64,000 nt of DNA from NCBI GenBank assembly GCA_045646345.1, contig JAZRKN010000001.1:128001-192000 (forward strand), read 5' to 3'. Below the pieces are notes generated by a model. The model ran no database searches. It was not told the DNA's origin and saw only the letters and a program-made list of their open reading frames with translations. The DNA is from Candidatus Scatovivens sp. Its GTDB lineage: Bacteria > Bacillota > Clostridia > TANB77 > CAG-508. A program made the position numbers and the translations under genes. Of the stretch, positions 1 through 10,720 are shown one piece after another; position 1 is the first letter of the stretch, and every line of letters starts with the position of its first letter.

Positions 1-785
1 TCTAATATTAATTTAACAATTTCAATATTTCTCTTTTCATTGTGTCCGCCAATATTATATCTTTCACCTTTTCTACCTTGGTGTAATACAATATCAATAG
101 CTTCACAGTGATCTTCAACAAATAACCAGTCTCTTATGTTTAATCCTTGTCCATAAACTGGTAATTTCTCATCTTTTAATGCTTTTGAAATCATATGTGG
201 TATTAATTTTTCGTGGTGTTGATATGGACCATAGTTATTTGAACAATTTGTCACTGTTACATTCATTTTATATGTTTCACAATATGCTAAAGCAATTAAA
301 TCAGAACCAGCTTTTGAAGATGAGTATGGACTATTTGGTTGAATTGGTGATTTTTCTGTAAAATATCCAGTTTCTCCTAATGTTCCATAAACTTCATCTG
401 TAGAAACATGAACGAATTTATTTTCACTTCCTTCTCCCCAGAATTGTTTAGCGGCTTCTAATAAAGTATGTGTTCCAATTACATTTGTTTGTGTAAACAC
501 AAATGGATTTTTTATACTATTATCAACATGTGATTCAGCTGCAAAGTGAACAACTGCATCTATATCATATTTCTTATATGTTTCTTTTACAAATTCAAAA
601 TCACAAATATCTCCTTGAACAAATGTTATTTTATCTTTTATATTGTCTAAGTTATGTAAATTTCCAGCATATGTTAATTTATCAAATACAATTATATTGT
701 ATTTTCCTTCGTATTTTTTTACCATTAATTCAGCAAAATTTGCTCCTATGAATCCTGCTGCTCCTGTAACTAATATATTTTTCAT
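1..785 (-). CDS. rfbB: dTDP-glucose 4,6-dehydratase (3' end runs off window)
   Basis: Not in ORF track; manual translation from ATG 785: MKNILVTGAAGFIGANFAE...DKLTYAGN..., VHFAAESHVD, VSTDEVYG, SPYSSSKA; last gene of rml cluster. Confidence 0.95.
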   Translation of the reverse strand, partial: MKNILVTGAAGFIGANFAELMVKKYEGKYNIIVFDKLTYAGNLHNLDNIKDKITFVQGDICDFEFVKETYKKYDIDAVVHFAAESHVDNSIKNPFVFTQTNVIGTHTLLEAAKQFWGEGSENKFVHVSTDEVYGTLGETGYFTEKSPIQPNSPYSSSKAGSDLIALAYCETYKMNVTVTNCSNNYGPYQHHEKLIPHMISKALKDEKLPVYGQGLNIRDWLFVEDHCEAIDIVLHQGRKGERYNIGGHNEKRNIEIVKLIL

Positions 786-798
786 TTTCTTTCCCCTT

Positions 799-1383
799 TT
801 ATTTTAAATTTTGAAATAAATCAGTATTTTTTAGTTCTGCAAGTGTTGGCCATTTTCCATCTTTTTCAGATGTTAAATATTCTTCTGGTTTCATTCCAGG
901 TACTTCTGGCCATACAATTCCTACTTCTGGATCGTTCCATTTTAATCCACCTTCTCCAGCATGATTATAAACGTCATCACATTTATAAGCGAATTCTGCT
1001 TCATCTGATAATACTAAGAATCCATGAGCAAATCCTCTAGGAATCATAAACATTTTTTTGTTTTCTTCTGAAAGTATAACTCCTTCCCATTTTCCATAAG
1101 TTTCACTTCCAGGTCTTAAATCAACGGCAACATCAAAAACTTCACCTTTTATACATCTAACAAGTTTAGCTTGTGTGTTTTCTTTTTGAAAATGTAATCC
1201 TCTTAAAACACCTTTTTTTGATTTTGATTGATTATCTTGAACAAATTCATTTGTTATTCCTATTTCTGCGAAATCATTTTGGCTATATGTTTCCATGAAA
1301 TATCCTCTGTTATCACCAAAAACAGTAGGTTCTATAACATATACTCCTTTGATTGAAGTATCAATTCTTGTAAATTTACCCAT
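799..1383 (-). CDS. rfbC: dTDP-4-dehydrorhamnose 3,5-epimerase
   Basis: FGDNRGYFME, VQDNQS, GVLRGLHFQ, GFAHGF motifs. Confidence 0.96.
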   Translation of the reverse strand: MGKFTRIDTSIKGVYVIEPTVFGDNRGYFMETYSQNDFAEIGITNEFVQDNQSKSKKGVLRGLHFQKENTQAKLVRCIKGEVFDVAVDLRPGSETYGKWEGVILSEENKKMFMIPRGFAHGFLVLSDEAEFAYKCDDVYNHAGEGGLKWNDPEVGIVWPEVPGMKPEEYLTSEKDGKWPTLAELKNTDLFQNLK

Positions 1384-1525
1384 TTTATTCTTCCTTTCAA
1401 AATTAATTTTCCATACCTTTTATATCAAAAAAATTAATATTTTTCAAGTCCCATTTACAGCAATTAAGCTGTAAAATCTATTTTCATTTACAGCCCAATC
1501 ACTTCTCTTATTTTAATTTTTTCAA

Positions 1526-2443
1526 TTAATTAGCATTAAATAAATCACTTTCAAAGATTTCTTTATATTGTCTAAAGTCTTGTTCAGCAACTCTTTTTAA
1601 ATATTTTCCGTATTCTGTTTTTTTGTATTTTTCAGCTTCTGTTAAAAGTTGATCTTTAGAAATCCATTCATTTCTATAAGCAATTTCTTCTAAGCAAGCA
1701 ATTTGAACACCTTGTCTTAATTCAATTGCTTTTACATAATCTGAAGCATCAGATAATCTATCTGCTGAACCTGTGTCAAACCAAGCATATCCTTTTCCTA
1801 AAGGAATAACTTGTAATTTTCCTCTTTCCATATATTCTTTGTTAACGTCTGTTATTTCTAATTCTCCTCTTTCAGAAGGTTTTATTGATTTAGCTATTTT
1901 AACAACATCATTATCATAGAAATAAATTCCTGGTACTGCAAAATGTGATTTTGGATTTTCTGGTTTTTCTTCAATAGAAAGAGCTTTACCTGTTGAATCT
2001 ATTTCAACAACTCCATAAGATGTTGGATCTGCTACTTGGTAACCGAAAATAATTCCACCTTCTTTTAATTTACTTGCAGCTCTTAAAACGCGTTCAACTC
2101 TTGAACCATAAATCATGTTATCTCCTAAAATTAATGCAACATTGTCATCACCAATAAAATCAGCTCCTAATATGAAAGCATCAGCTAGTCCAACTGGTTT
2201 TTCTTGAACTTTATATTCAAATTTCATTCCAAATCTTGATCCATCACCTAATAAACTTTCAAATGCTGGTAAATGTACTGGTGTAGATATAATTAATACT
2301 TCTTTTATACCAGCCATCATCAATGTTGATAAAGGATAATAAATCATTGGTTTATCATATACTGGTAACATTTGTTTTGATACGGCAAGTGTTATTGGAT
2401 AAAGTCTAGTAGCACTTCCTCCTGCTAAAATAATTCCTTTCAT
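1526..2443 (-). CDS. rfbA: glucose-1-phosphate thymidylyltransferase
   Basis: [33 protein letters not shown]; true start ATG 2443 overlaps rfbD stop (TAATG) with GGAGG SD. Confidence 0.96.
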   Translation of the reverse strand: MKGIILAGGSATRLYPITLAVSKQMLPVYDKPMIYYPLSTLMMAGIKEVLIISTPVHLPAFESLLGDGSRFGMKFEYKVQEKPVGLADAFILGADFIGDDNVALILGDNMIYGSRVERVLRAASKLKEGGIIFGYQVADPTSYGVVEIDSTGKALSIEEKPENPKSHFAVPGIYFYDNDVVKIAKSIKPSERGELEITDVNKEYMERGKLQVIPLGKGYAWFDTGSADRLSDASDYVKAIELRQGVQIACLEEIAYRNEWISKDQLLTEAEKYKKTEYGKYLKRVAEQDFRQYKEIFESDLFNAN

Positions 2444-3303
2444 TATTTTAATTCCTCCTTTAAATATTCTTCTAAAGCTACTTCCCATGCTTCAGGTACT
2501 ATTCCTACATTTTTTAATTTTTCTTTTGATAATTGGCTATTTGAAGGTCTATCGCTTGATTGTGGATACATTTCCTTGTATTCTTTTGAAGTAATAGCTT
2601 TAACTTTTGTAGATATATTGGCAAGTTCAAATATTTTTCTTGTGAATCTGCACCATGTTGTAAATCCTTCGTTTGTTGAATGATATACTCCATATTCAGG
2701 TTCTTTTTCCATAATTCCTTCTATTATTTTGCAAAGTGTTGTTGTAGATGTTGGGCTTCCATGTTGATCATCAACAACTGTAAGTTCTTCTCTATCTTGT
2801 GATAATCTAAGCATTGTCTTTACAAAGTTTTTTCCACCTAATCCATAAAGCCAAGCTGTTCTTAATATATAATGTTTTGCAACTTTTGCAGCATTTTCTT
2901 CTCCAACAAGTTTTGTTCTTCCATATGCGCTTACTGGTTCTGGTTTCATATCCTCTGTATATATTTGGTCTACTGGTAAATTTCCTGGAAATACATAATC
3001 TGTACTAATGTGAATAAATGTTGCATCATTTAGATTAGCCGCTTCTGCAATATTAGCTACTGCAGTACCATTAACAGCCATTGCTAAATCAGTATTTACT
3101 TCGCATCCATCAACATTTGTATAAGCAGCACAGTTTATAATAAAATACGGTTTTACTTCTGCAACTTTAGCTAAAACAGCATCTTTATCAGTTATATCTA
3201 AAGTTTGTAATGTTGTTCCTGTTACATCGTATATTTTTTCTAATCTTTCTCTTAATTCTCCACCAAGCATTCCATCTGCTCCGATTAATAATACCTTCTT
3301 CAT
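2443..3303 (-). CDS. rfbD: dTDP-4-dehydrorhamnose reductase
   Basis: [28 protein letters not shown] motifs. Confidence 0.95.
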   Translation of the reverse strand: MKKVLLIGADGMLGGELRERLEKIYDVTGTTLQTLDITDKDAVLAKVAEVKPYFIINCAAYTNVDGCEVNTDLAMAVNGTAVANIAEAANLNDATFIHISTDYVFPGNLPVDQIYTEDMKPEPVSAYGRTKLVGEENAAKVAKHYILRTAWLYGLGGKNFVKTMLRLSQDREELTVVDDQHGSPTSTTTLCKIIEGIMEKEPEYGVYHSTNEGFTTWCRFTRKIFELANISTKVKAITSKEYKEMYPQSSDRPSNSQLSKEKLKNVGIVPEAWEVALEEYLKEELK

Positions 3304-3458
3304 TTTCTTCCTTCCTTATTACATTAAATTTGATATACGCATTATATCACAGCGTTTTGAGTTGTCAAAGTTTTTCACAGTCATTTTACAAAATACACAA
3401 AACTTTCACAAAACTTGATAAGTTTTGCGCTGCATTACATTAACGACTATTACACTTC

Positions 3459-4664
3459 TTATAAATTGTGCAAAAAGTTAACAGGTATTCCACCTATTAA
3501 AGTGAAAAGTATTAATGTAATTAAAAATACTTTTCTATATTTTTTATTTGAATAATTTAAAAACAAGAATGATAATATACTTAATTCACATGCAAAAAGA
3601 TATAAAAATTTATTTGTTGCGAAATTTATTGGATATTTGATAAATGCCAATAAACATGTCATTACTAATGTTATTCTTATCGCATGTTTTAATTTTATTC
3701 CAAAATCATCTATGTTTCCCATTATATAAAACATTATAAGCAAATTAGCCAACTGAACCGCAGAAACAACTCTAAGACCACCAACACTTGAAAGCATTGT
3801 AAATTTATCTACAAAATCTGGGAAACCAGAAATGCAATATACTGTTTCTAAAACTGCCATTACTGCCATTGGTAATAAAAAATTAAAATGTTTTTCTTTT
3901 TTGTACAAATAGAACAAAGCTAATACAAGTGGCAATGGAAACATAGTTATGATACTTCCAAAATATTCCACTTCTTCAATGTTGTTATATGGCAAAAGCG
4001 GATTATACAAATATGTAAATAAACCATCAATTCCAGAATTTAATCCTTGAGGGTTTTCTGTATAAGTATTTTTCCAAAATACTTGAGATAGCGACGCACA
4101 AATTATACTAACTGTAATTGTTAATATTAATACTATTTTGGTACTCTTGTTTTCTTTTATTTCTTTTATATTATCAGCAAAAATCCAAAGAATTAATGCA
4201 AAAAATAAATATCCAAATGAAATAGCAAAAGGTCTAAAAGTATACATATACCCAATCGCACAACCAATTATTGCTATAGCATTTAAGATATTTTTCTTTA
4301 AATTTTTTTCTTTTATTATTTTATAAATTAGTAATGTTATAACTTCACCTAAAATAATTGAATCTATTTTTGTAAAATTCCAAACAACACAACCTGAAAA
4401 AGCTAGAACTATAGTTCCAGCCAAAGACATCTCTTTATTATTCTTTGTTATCAATTTAAAAAGTTCATAGCTCGATAAAATTAATGCAAAAAATTTTGTT
4501 GTCCACCATAAACTTAACATTTTATCTGTTGTACATATCCATTCAATTATAGATACATTATTTAAAAAGAAACCAATAATTGCAGAAATGATTATTGTTA
4601 TAAATGATATTTTATATCTATTTTCTAATAGTTTATCACAAAGTTCAGTATTTTTTTTACTCAT
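3459..4664 (-). CDS. polytopic membrane protein, possibly GT-C-like polysaccharide/glycosylation-associated
   Basis: 401 aa, many hydrophobic segments; lies between glmU and the rml genes. Confidence 0.6.
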   Translation of the reverse strand: MSKKNTELCDKLLENRYKISFITIIISAIIGFFLNNVSIIEWICTTDKMLSLWWTTKFFALILSSYELFKLITKNNKEMSLAGTIVLAFSGCVVWNFTKIDSIILGEVITLLIYKIIKEKNLKKNILNAIAIIGCAIGYMYTFRPFAISFGYLFFALILWIFADNIKEIKENKSTKIVLILTITVSIICASLSQVFWKNTYTENPQGLNSGIDGLFTYLYNPLLPYNNIEEVEYFGSIITMFPLPLVLALFYLYKKEKHFNFLLPMAVMAVLETVYCISGFPDFVDKFTMLSSVGGLRVVSAVQLANLLIMFYIMGNIDDFGIKLKHAIRITLVMTCLLAFIKYPINFATNKFLYLFACELSILSFLFLNYSNKKYRKVFLITLILFTLIGGIPVNFLHNL

Positions 4665-4712
4665 TTTATATTACATGTGCTAGAAAATTTCCTAGCACAT
4701 TTTTACTCCTCT

Positions 4713-5987
4713 TTATTTGTTTTTTCTTTCTTTATTCACTTGTCTTTCTCTTGCAATTCCCATATGATTTGATGGAACATCTTCTGTTATTGTTGATCCA
4801 GCTGCAATTAAAACATCATCTCCTATAGTAACTGGTGCTACTAAATTTACGTTTGAACCAATAAATGCTCTGTCACCTATAATTGTTTTATTTTTATTAA
4901 CCCCATCATAATTGCATGTTATTGTACCACATCCAATATTTCCATCAGTTCCAATTTCTGTATCTCCCAAATATATGAAATGTGGCACTTTTGTTCTTGC
5001 ACCAACTTTTGTATTTTTTATTTCAACAAAATTTCCTATTTTTGCATCATTTCCAACTATACATTTTTCCCTAATATATGCATTTGGACCTATTTCACAG
5101 TTTTCACCAATAATTACTCCACTTTTAATTATAGTATTTGGATGAATTACAGTATCCATTCCTATAATTACGTTATCATGAATATATGTTGAATTTGCAT
5201 CTTCTATTGTAACACCATTTCTCATATGTTCAGCATTTATTCTCATTCTTAAAACTCTTGTTAAAAGTTCAAGTTGTGCTCTATCATTTACTCCAAGAAT
5301 TTCTGTGTTATCTTCAACTATAACAGCACCAGTTTTTAAACCTTTGTCGTTCATAATTTTAATAACATCTGTTAAATAATATTCTCCTTGAGCATTATTT
5401 GGTTTTATATATTCTAATGAAGCTAATAATTCTTCAATATCAAAACAATAAATACCTGAATTTATTTCTTTGATTTCTTTTTCAAACATATTAGCATCTT
5501 TTTCTTCTACTATAGCTTTAATATTTCCACCTTCATCACGGATAATTCTTCCATAACCTGTTGGATTTTCATATATAGCAGTTAATAGTGTTGCATATTC
5601 TTTATTTTTATAACTTTTTGATACTAGGTTTTGTAAAGTTTCTTTTCTTATAATAGGAACATCTCCATAAAGAATAACAACTTTACCTTTCTTTCCTTCT
5701 AAGAATTTTCTAGCTTGCATTACAGCATGACCTGTTCCTAATAACTCTTCTTGATAAGCATATTTTACTGAATCTCCAAGAACAGCCTCAACTTGTTCTC
5801 TTAAATGACCTACAACTGCAACAACTTCATCAGAGCCAATATTAATTGCTAATTCTGCAACTCTTTTAACCAATTCTTTATCATATATTTTATGTACTAG
5901 TTTTGATTTATTTGATTTCATTCTAGTACCTTTACCAGCAGCCATAATGACTGTCATTACAAATTTGTCTTCACCATCAATAATCAT
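4713..5987 (-). CDS. glmU: bifunctional UDP-GlcNAc pyrophosphorylase / glucosamine-1-P N-acetyltransferase
   Basis: AAGKGTRMKS, LGTGHAV, hexapeptide repeats, NYDG; ATG 5987 follows AAGGTGA SD (track start GTG 5996). Confidence 0.96.
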   Translation of the reverse strand: MIIDGEDKFVMTVIMAAGKGTRMKSNKSKLVHKIYDKELVKRVAELAINIGSDEVVAVVGHLREQVEAVLGDSVKYAYQEELLGTGHAVMQARKFLEGKKGKVVILYGDVPIIRKETLQNLVSKSYKNKEYATLLTAIYENPTGYGRIIRDEGGNIKAIVEEKDANMFEKEIKEINSGIYCFDIEELLASLEYIKPNNAQGEYYLTDVIKIMNDKGLKTGAVIVEDNTEILGVNDRAQLELLTRVLRMRINAEHMRNGVTIEDANSTYIHDNVIIGMDTVIHPNTIIKSGVIIGENCEIGPNAYIREKCIVGNDAKIGNFVEIKNTKVGARTKVPHFIYLGDTEIGTDGNIGCGTITCNYDGVNKNKTIIGDRAFIGSNVNLVAPVTIGDDVLIAAGSTITEDVPSNHMGIARERQVNKERKNK

Positions 5988-6209
5988 AGTTTTCACCTTT
6001 TATAAATTTATTTTGCATTTTTGCAATAAAAAATTAATAATTTTATTTTTCTTCAAATGCCTTTATATCTTTATTTATATTATTAATTTTCAAAATTATT
6101 CTATTACAATATTGTAAATTAGTCAATATTCTGGTTTTCAAAAATAGTTCTCTAATATCTTCATAAAATGAAACAAGCCCCAGAGATTGACTCTCCGGGG
6201 ACTCGCAGC

Positions 6210-6638
6210 TTACATAGAAATTCTAAAGGTCTTACTTTCGATAACTTTCATCTGTTCAAAGAATTTACCGCCATCGGTACTGATAAATAGATTATCCCCC
6301 ATTTCGGTAAATTTCTTAGGTTCTCTGTTCTCATTCAGCATGACATAGTATTTCTTCTTTTTTTGTGTGTTCACTACAGCATACACATTTGTTACGACTT
6401 TTAAAAGGTTCAATTTACGTGCTCGTACAAGTTTAACCTCAACTACAACATCAGTTTTACCATCTGGTACCGCAGGTTCCTTTGAAGCTGTAAGTAATGT
6501 CTTTAAGACATCTTCTTGTATCTGTTCACATTTCCCTTCATACCGTTTAATAGCATCTTGTGGACACACATCAAACGCTTCTGCTTTTTCAAGCCATCCC
6601 ATGCATTCCTTCGAAATTCTTACTCGTCTAGGAAACAT
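6210..6638 (-). CDS. hypothetical protein (orphan, 142 aa)
   Basis: Strong AGGAGGTG SD, own TTGACA(6693-6698)/TATAAT(6669-6674) promoter, downstream GC hairpin near 6178-6200. Confidence 0.7.
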   Translation of the reverse strand: MFPRRVRISKECMGWLEKAEAFDVCPQDAIKRYEGKCEQIQEDVLKTLLTASKEPAVPDGKTDVVVEVKLVRARKLNLLKVVTNVYAVVNTQKKKKYYVMLNENREPKKFTEMGDNLFISTDGGKFFEQMKVIESKTFRISM

Positions 6639-6699
6639 GTTACACCTCCTAAAATTTTTGTCTTTATTATTATAACATGCGTATTTTTGTTATGTCAAC

Positions 6700-7293
6700 T
6701 TATTTTTTGGTTACTCTTGTTATCGCTAAACCATCACCAATTTCTAAAATTTCAGTTTCTAAATTTGGATTTTCTGTTACTTCTTTTATGTATTCTCTCA
6801 AATGTCTTACAGCAGTTCTTTGTTTATGTTTATTATAATCACTCATAACATAACCTTTATATAAAACATTATCTGCTAAAATCAACCCACCATTTCTAAT
6901 TAACCTTATTCCCTCTTCTAAAAAGATTGAATATTTACTTTTTGCAGCATCTATAAATACAATATCATACTCATTTGATAATGTTGGTAAAATTTCAACA
7001 GCGTTTCCAATCATAATGTTTATATTTTTATCCACACCAATTTTTTTTACATTTTCAATTGCTTGTTTAGCTCTTTCTTCATCAAGTTCTATTGTATCAA
7101 CAATTGCATCTTCAGCATATTTTATAAAACAACTCGCTGAATATCCTACTGCAGTTCCTATTTCTAATATTCTTTTTGGTTTTTCTTCTTTTAAAATTTC
7201 TTTAATTTTTTCTAGTGTATCATCCATTATAATTGGAATATGATTTTCTAAAGCATCTTTTTTTAATATTTCAAATTCTTGTTCATTAAACAT
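6700..7293 (-). CDS. O-methyltransferase (YrrM/TrmR-like)
   Basis: HIPII, ILEIGTAVGYS, FIDAAK, ADNVL, GDGL motifs. Confidence 0.88.
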   Translation of the reverse strand: MFNEQEFEILKKDALENHIPIIMDDTLEKIKEILKEEKPKRILEIGTAVGYSASCFIKYAEDAIVDTIELDEERAKQAIENVKKIGVDKNINIMIGNAVEILPTLSNEYDIVFIDAAKSKYSIFLEEGIRLIRNGGLILADNVLYKGYVMSDYNKHKQRTAVRHLREYIKEVTENPNLETEILEIGDGLAITRVTKK

Positions 7294-7317
7294 TTTTTAC
7301 CTCTTTATAATATACAA

Positions 7318-7347
7318 AAACCGTTTTACCAAAAAGCAAAACGGTTT
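7318..7347. terminator. intrinsic terminator-like hairpin after typA
   Basis: AAACCGTTTT...AAAACGGTTT inverted repeat. Confidence 0.65.
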
Positions 7348-7365
7348 GTTGTTTTTTTCTTTTTA

Positions 7366-9189
7366 TTATGAATTAGCGCTTTGTCTTGCAGCTCTTTCTC
7401 TATCTTTATTATTTAATATTTTCTTTCTTAATCTTATAGATTTTGGTGTAATTTCAACTAGTTCATCATCTTGTATAAATTCAATAGCTTTCTCTAAGCT
7501 CATTTGAATTGGTGGAACAAGTCTTAAAGCATCATCTGATCCAGAAGCTCTTGTATTTGTTAAATGTTTTTCTTTACATACGTTAATAGCTAAATCCTCA
7601 CCTCTTGAGTTTAATCCAACTATCATCCCTTCGTAAACTTCAACACCTGGTCCTATAAATAAATCACCTTTATCTTGAGCATTATATAAACCATAAGTAA
7701 TTGATTTTCCGTTTTCAAATGCAACTATTGTTCCTCTAACTCTTGATTGAACATCTCCTTTATATGGTTCATATGAATCAAAAATATGATTCATTGTTCC
7801 TTCACCTTTTGTATCTGTTAAGAATTCTGTTCTATATCCTATTATTCCTCTTGCAGGTATTTTAAATTCAATTTTTGTATGTCCAGCTTCAGCAGGTTCC
7901 ATGTTAACCATTTCACCTTTTCTTCTACCTAATTTTTCAATAACATTTCCAACACAATCATCCGGAACATTTACAACTAATCTTTCGATTGGTTCACATT
8001 TAACTCCATCAATTTCTTTGAAAATAACTTTAGGTCTAGAAACTAAAAGTTCAAATCCTTCTCTTCTCATTGTCTCAATTAAAACTGATAAGTGCAACTC
8101 TCCTCTTCCTGAAACCTCAAATGAATCTGCAGAATCTGTTTCTTTTACTCTTAAACTTACGTTTCTATCTAATTCTTTAAACAATCTATCTCTTATATGT
8201 CTTGAAGTAACAAATTGCCCTTCTTTTCCTGCAAATGGTCCATTATTAACACTGAATGTCATAGATACTGTTGGTTCATCAATATCTACAAATGGTATTT
8301 TCTCTGGATTGTTATAATCACAAATTGTATCACCTATGTTTATATCACTAACACCAGATAAAGCAACTATATCACCAGCTTCAGCATGTTCTACTTCAAC
8401 TCTTTTTAATCCTTCATATGTATAAAGTTTTGCAACTCTCGCAGTTACCACTTTATCTTCTGATTTGCAAATTGCAACAGGCATATTTAGATCAATTGCT
8501 CCTCTTTCAACTCTACCGATTGAAATTCTTCCAATATAATCATCATAATCTATATTTGAAACTAACATTTGCATTGTTCCATCCATATCGCATGCTGGTG
8601 GATCAATTTCTTTTATTATTGTTTCGAATAAGCATTCTAAATTTTCACCTTGAACATCTAAATCTAATGTTGCAGTTCCTTGTTTTCCAGAAGCGTATAC
8701 AACAGGGAATTCAAGTTGTGAATCATCTGCACCTAATTCAATAAATAAATCTAATACGCTATCTAAAACTTTTAATGGTTGTGCCCCTGGTCTATCAATT
8801 TTATTTATAACAACAATTGGTTTTAATTTTAATCCTAAAGATTTTTTTAGAACTTCTCTTGTTTGTGGCATTGCACCTTCAAAAGCGTCAACTAATAATA
8901 CAACTCCATCAACCATTTTTAAAACACGTTCTACTTCTCCTCCAAAGTCTGCGTGTCCTGGTGTATCAACTATATTAATTTTTATATCTTTATATTGAAC
9001 AGCTGTATTTTTAGAAAGAATTGTAATTCCTCTTTCTTTTTCTAAGTCATTTGAGTCCATTACTCTATCTTGAACTTGTTCATTTGCTCTAAAGATACCA
9101 CTTTGTCTAAGCATTGCATCTACTAATGTAGTTTTTCCATGATCAACGTGTGCTATTATTGCTACGTTTCTGATTTTTTGGTTATTCAT
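7366..9189 (-). CDS. typA: translational GTPase TypA/BipA
   Basis: AHVDHGKTT, DTPGHADFGGEVER, NKID, GRGELHL motifs. Confidence 0.98.
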   Translation of the reverse strand: MNNQKIRNVAIIAHVDHGKTTLVDAMLRQSGIFRANEQVQDRVMDSNDLEKERGITILSKNTAVQYKDIKINIVDTPGHADFGGEVERVLKMVDGVVLLVDAFEGAMPQTREVLKKSLGLKLKPIVVINKIDRPGAQPLKVLDSVLDLFIELGADDSQLEFPVVYASGKQGTATLDLDVQGENLECLFETIIKEIDPPACDMDGTMQMLVSNIDYDDYIGRISIGRVERGAIDLNMPVAICKSEDKVVTARVAKLYTYEGLKRVEVEHAEAGDIVALSGVSDINIGDTICDYNNPEKIPFVDIDEPTVSMTFSVNNGPFAGKEGQFVTSRHIRDRLFKELDRNVSLRVKETDSADSFEVSGRGELHLSVLIETMRREGFELLVSRPKVIFKEIDGVKCEPIERLVVNVPDDCVGNVIEKLGRRKGEMVNMEPAEAGHTKIEFKIPARGIIGYRTEFLTDTKGEGTMNHIFDSYEPYKGDVQSRVRGTIVAFENGKSITYGLYNAQDKGDLFIGPGVEVYEGMIVGLNSRGEDLAINVCKEKHLTNTRASGSDDALRLVPPIQMSLEKAIEFIQDDELVEITPKSIRLRKKILNNKDRERAARQSANS

Positions 9190-9305
9190 TTTATTACCCC
9201 TTTTATTTCTTAATTTATTTTATATATTTCGTATATAATTTAAATTGCTTTTGCTAAAACACATCTCATAAACTTTACATAATTCTTTGTTGTTTTAACC
9301 ATAAT

Positions 9306-9334
9306 ATTATATATCTTCGTATATCATTTGTCAA
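9306..9334 (-). promoter_or_regulatory. sigmaA promoter of typA
   Basis: TTGACA (9329-9334) N17 TATAAT (9306-9311) on minus strand. Confidence 0.7.
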
Positions 9335-9371
9335 TACAAGTGTATCAAAAAAACAGTGATATCTGTGCAAC

Positions 9372-9411
9372 AAAAAACATTGATTAAAGTCCAACTTAAT
9401 CAATGTTTTTT
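9372..9411. terminator. terminator hairpin after plsC
   Basis: AAAAAACATTGATTAA...TTAATCAATGTTTTTT perfect inverted repeat. Confidence 0.7.
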
Positions 9412-9417
9412 ATCGTT

Positions 9418-10032
9418 TTAAATTTCAGTTTTTGAAAGTCTAATAATTTCATTCATTATTATTTCACTTACTTTATCTTCAGCTTCTTTTTCAGCTTTTT
9501 TATCGCCTCTATATTCTGAAAAATCTAAAGCTTTTCCATAAATAATCGCATTCTTTGAAAATGGTTTTGCAGGACCAACAATTCCTATAGGAACAACTTT
9601 TGCTCCTGTTTTTAAAGCCATATATGCAGCTCCATTTTTTACTTTTCCTTCATTTTTCTCTAAACCATTTCTAGTTCCTTCTGGAAATAGTCCTATACAC
9701 TTACCATCTTTTAAAGTCTTCAATGCTGTTTTTAATGCAGTTATATCCTTTTCATCTCTTTTAACATATATTCCTTCAAACAAGAATCCTAAAAATGCAA
9801 ATAAAGGATTTTTTCTCAATTCTTCTTTTGCCATAAATCTCATATCTCTTCCTGCTGTTACAACAATTAGAGGTGGATCTAAATATGTTCTATGATTTCC
9901 ACAAAACATTAAAGCTCCTTCTTTTGGAACATTTTCTTTTCCTATAATTTTTACTCTGTAAACTATTTTGCAATATACTAAAATACAAAATCTAATAAAT
10001 GCTTTTCCAACTTCTCTTAAAAACTTTTTCAT
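9418..10032 (-). CDS. plsC: 1-acyl-sn-glycerol-3-phosphate acyltransferase
   Basis: NHRTYLD (HX4D), FMAKEEL, FPEGTR. Confidence 0.92.
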   Translation of the reverse strand: MKKFLREVGKAFIRFCILVYCKIVYRVKIIGKENVPKEGALMFCGNHRTYLDPPLIVVTAGRDMRFMAKEELRKNPLFAFLGFLFEGIYVKRDEKDITALKTALKTLKDGKCIGLFPEGTRNGLEKNEGKVKNGAAYMALKTGAKVVPIGIVGPAKPFSKNAIIYGKALDFSEYRGDKKAEKEAEDKVSEIIMNEIIRLSKTEI

Positions 10033-10054
10033 AATTTTTCTTATCCTTATATAA

Positions 10055-10720
10055 TTATTTTTTTGATTCTATTATTTTGATAACTTCATTTACAACTTCT
10101 TCAATAGTCAAATTAGTACTATCTAAATATATAGCATCTTCTGCTTGAACAAAAGGAGCAACATCCCTTTCAGTCTCTAAACGATGTCTTTCTTTTATAC
10201 TTGCAAGAACCTCATCGTAACTTGTTTCTATTCCTTTTTCTAAATTTTGTTTATATCTTCTGTTTGCTCTTTCTTCTAAAGAACAATCTAAATATATTTT
10301 AACGTCTGCATCTGGAAATACAACCGTTCCTATATCTCTACCTTCCATTATAATATTAGTAGTCTTTCCCATCTCTCTTTGAAGTGGAGTCATTTTATCT
10401 CTTATAATTTTTACTGCTGCAAATTTAGCAACATTCAAATTCACAGGAGTTGAACGAATTTCTTCTGTTACATTTTCATCGTTTAAAAAAACTAACTCTT
10501 TATCAGCTGTTCTTTCAAATCTTATATCAATATTTTCAAGCACTTCGCTTATTTTTTCTAATTCCTCTGGTAATATATTTTTTCTTATACAACTTAAAGT
10601 AACACATCTATACATTGCTCCTGTATCAACATTTACTAAGTTCATTTTTTTACCAACTAGTTTTGTAATTGTTCCTTTTCCACTCCCTGCAGGTCCATCT
10701 ATTGCAACAATAAAAGCCAT
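10055..10720 (-). CDS. cmk: cytidylate kinase
   Basis: IDGPAGSGKGT, DTGAMYR, EGRDIGTVVFPDA. Confidence 0.96.
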   Translation of the reverse strand: MAFIVAIDGPAGSGKGTITKLVGKKMNLVNVDTGAMYRCVTLSCIRKNILPEELEKISEVLENIDIRFERTADKELVFLNDENVTEEIRSTPVNLNVAKFAAVKIIRDKMTPLQREMGKTTNIIMEGRDIGTVVFPDADVKIYLDCSLEERANRRYKQNLEKGIETSYDEVLASIKERHRLETERDVAPFVQAEDAIYLDSTNLTIEEVVNEVIKIIESKK

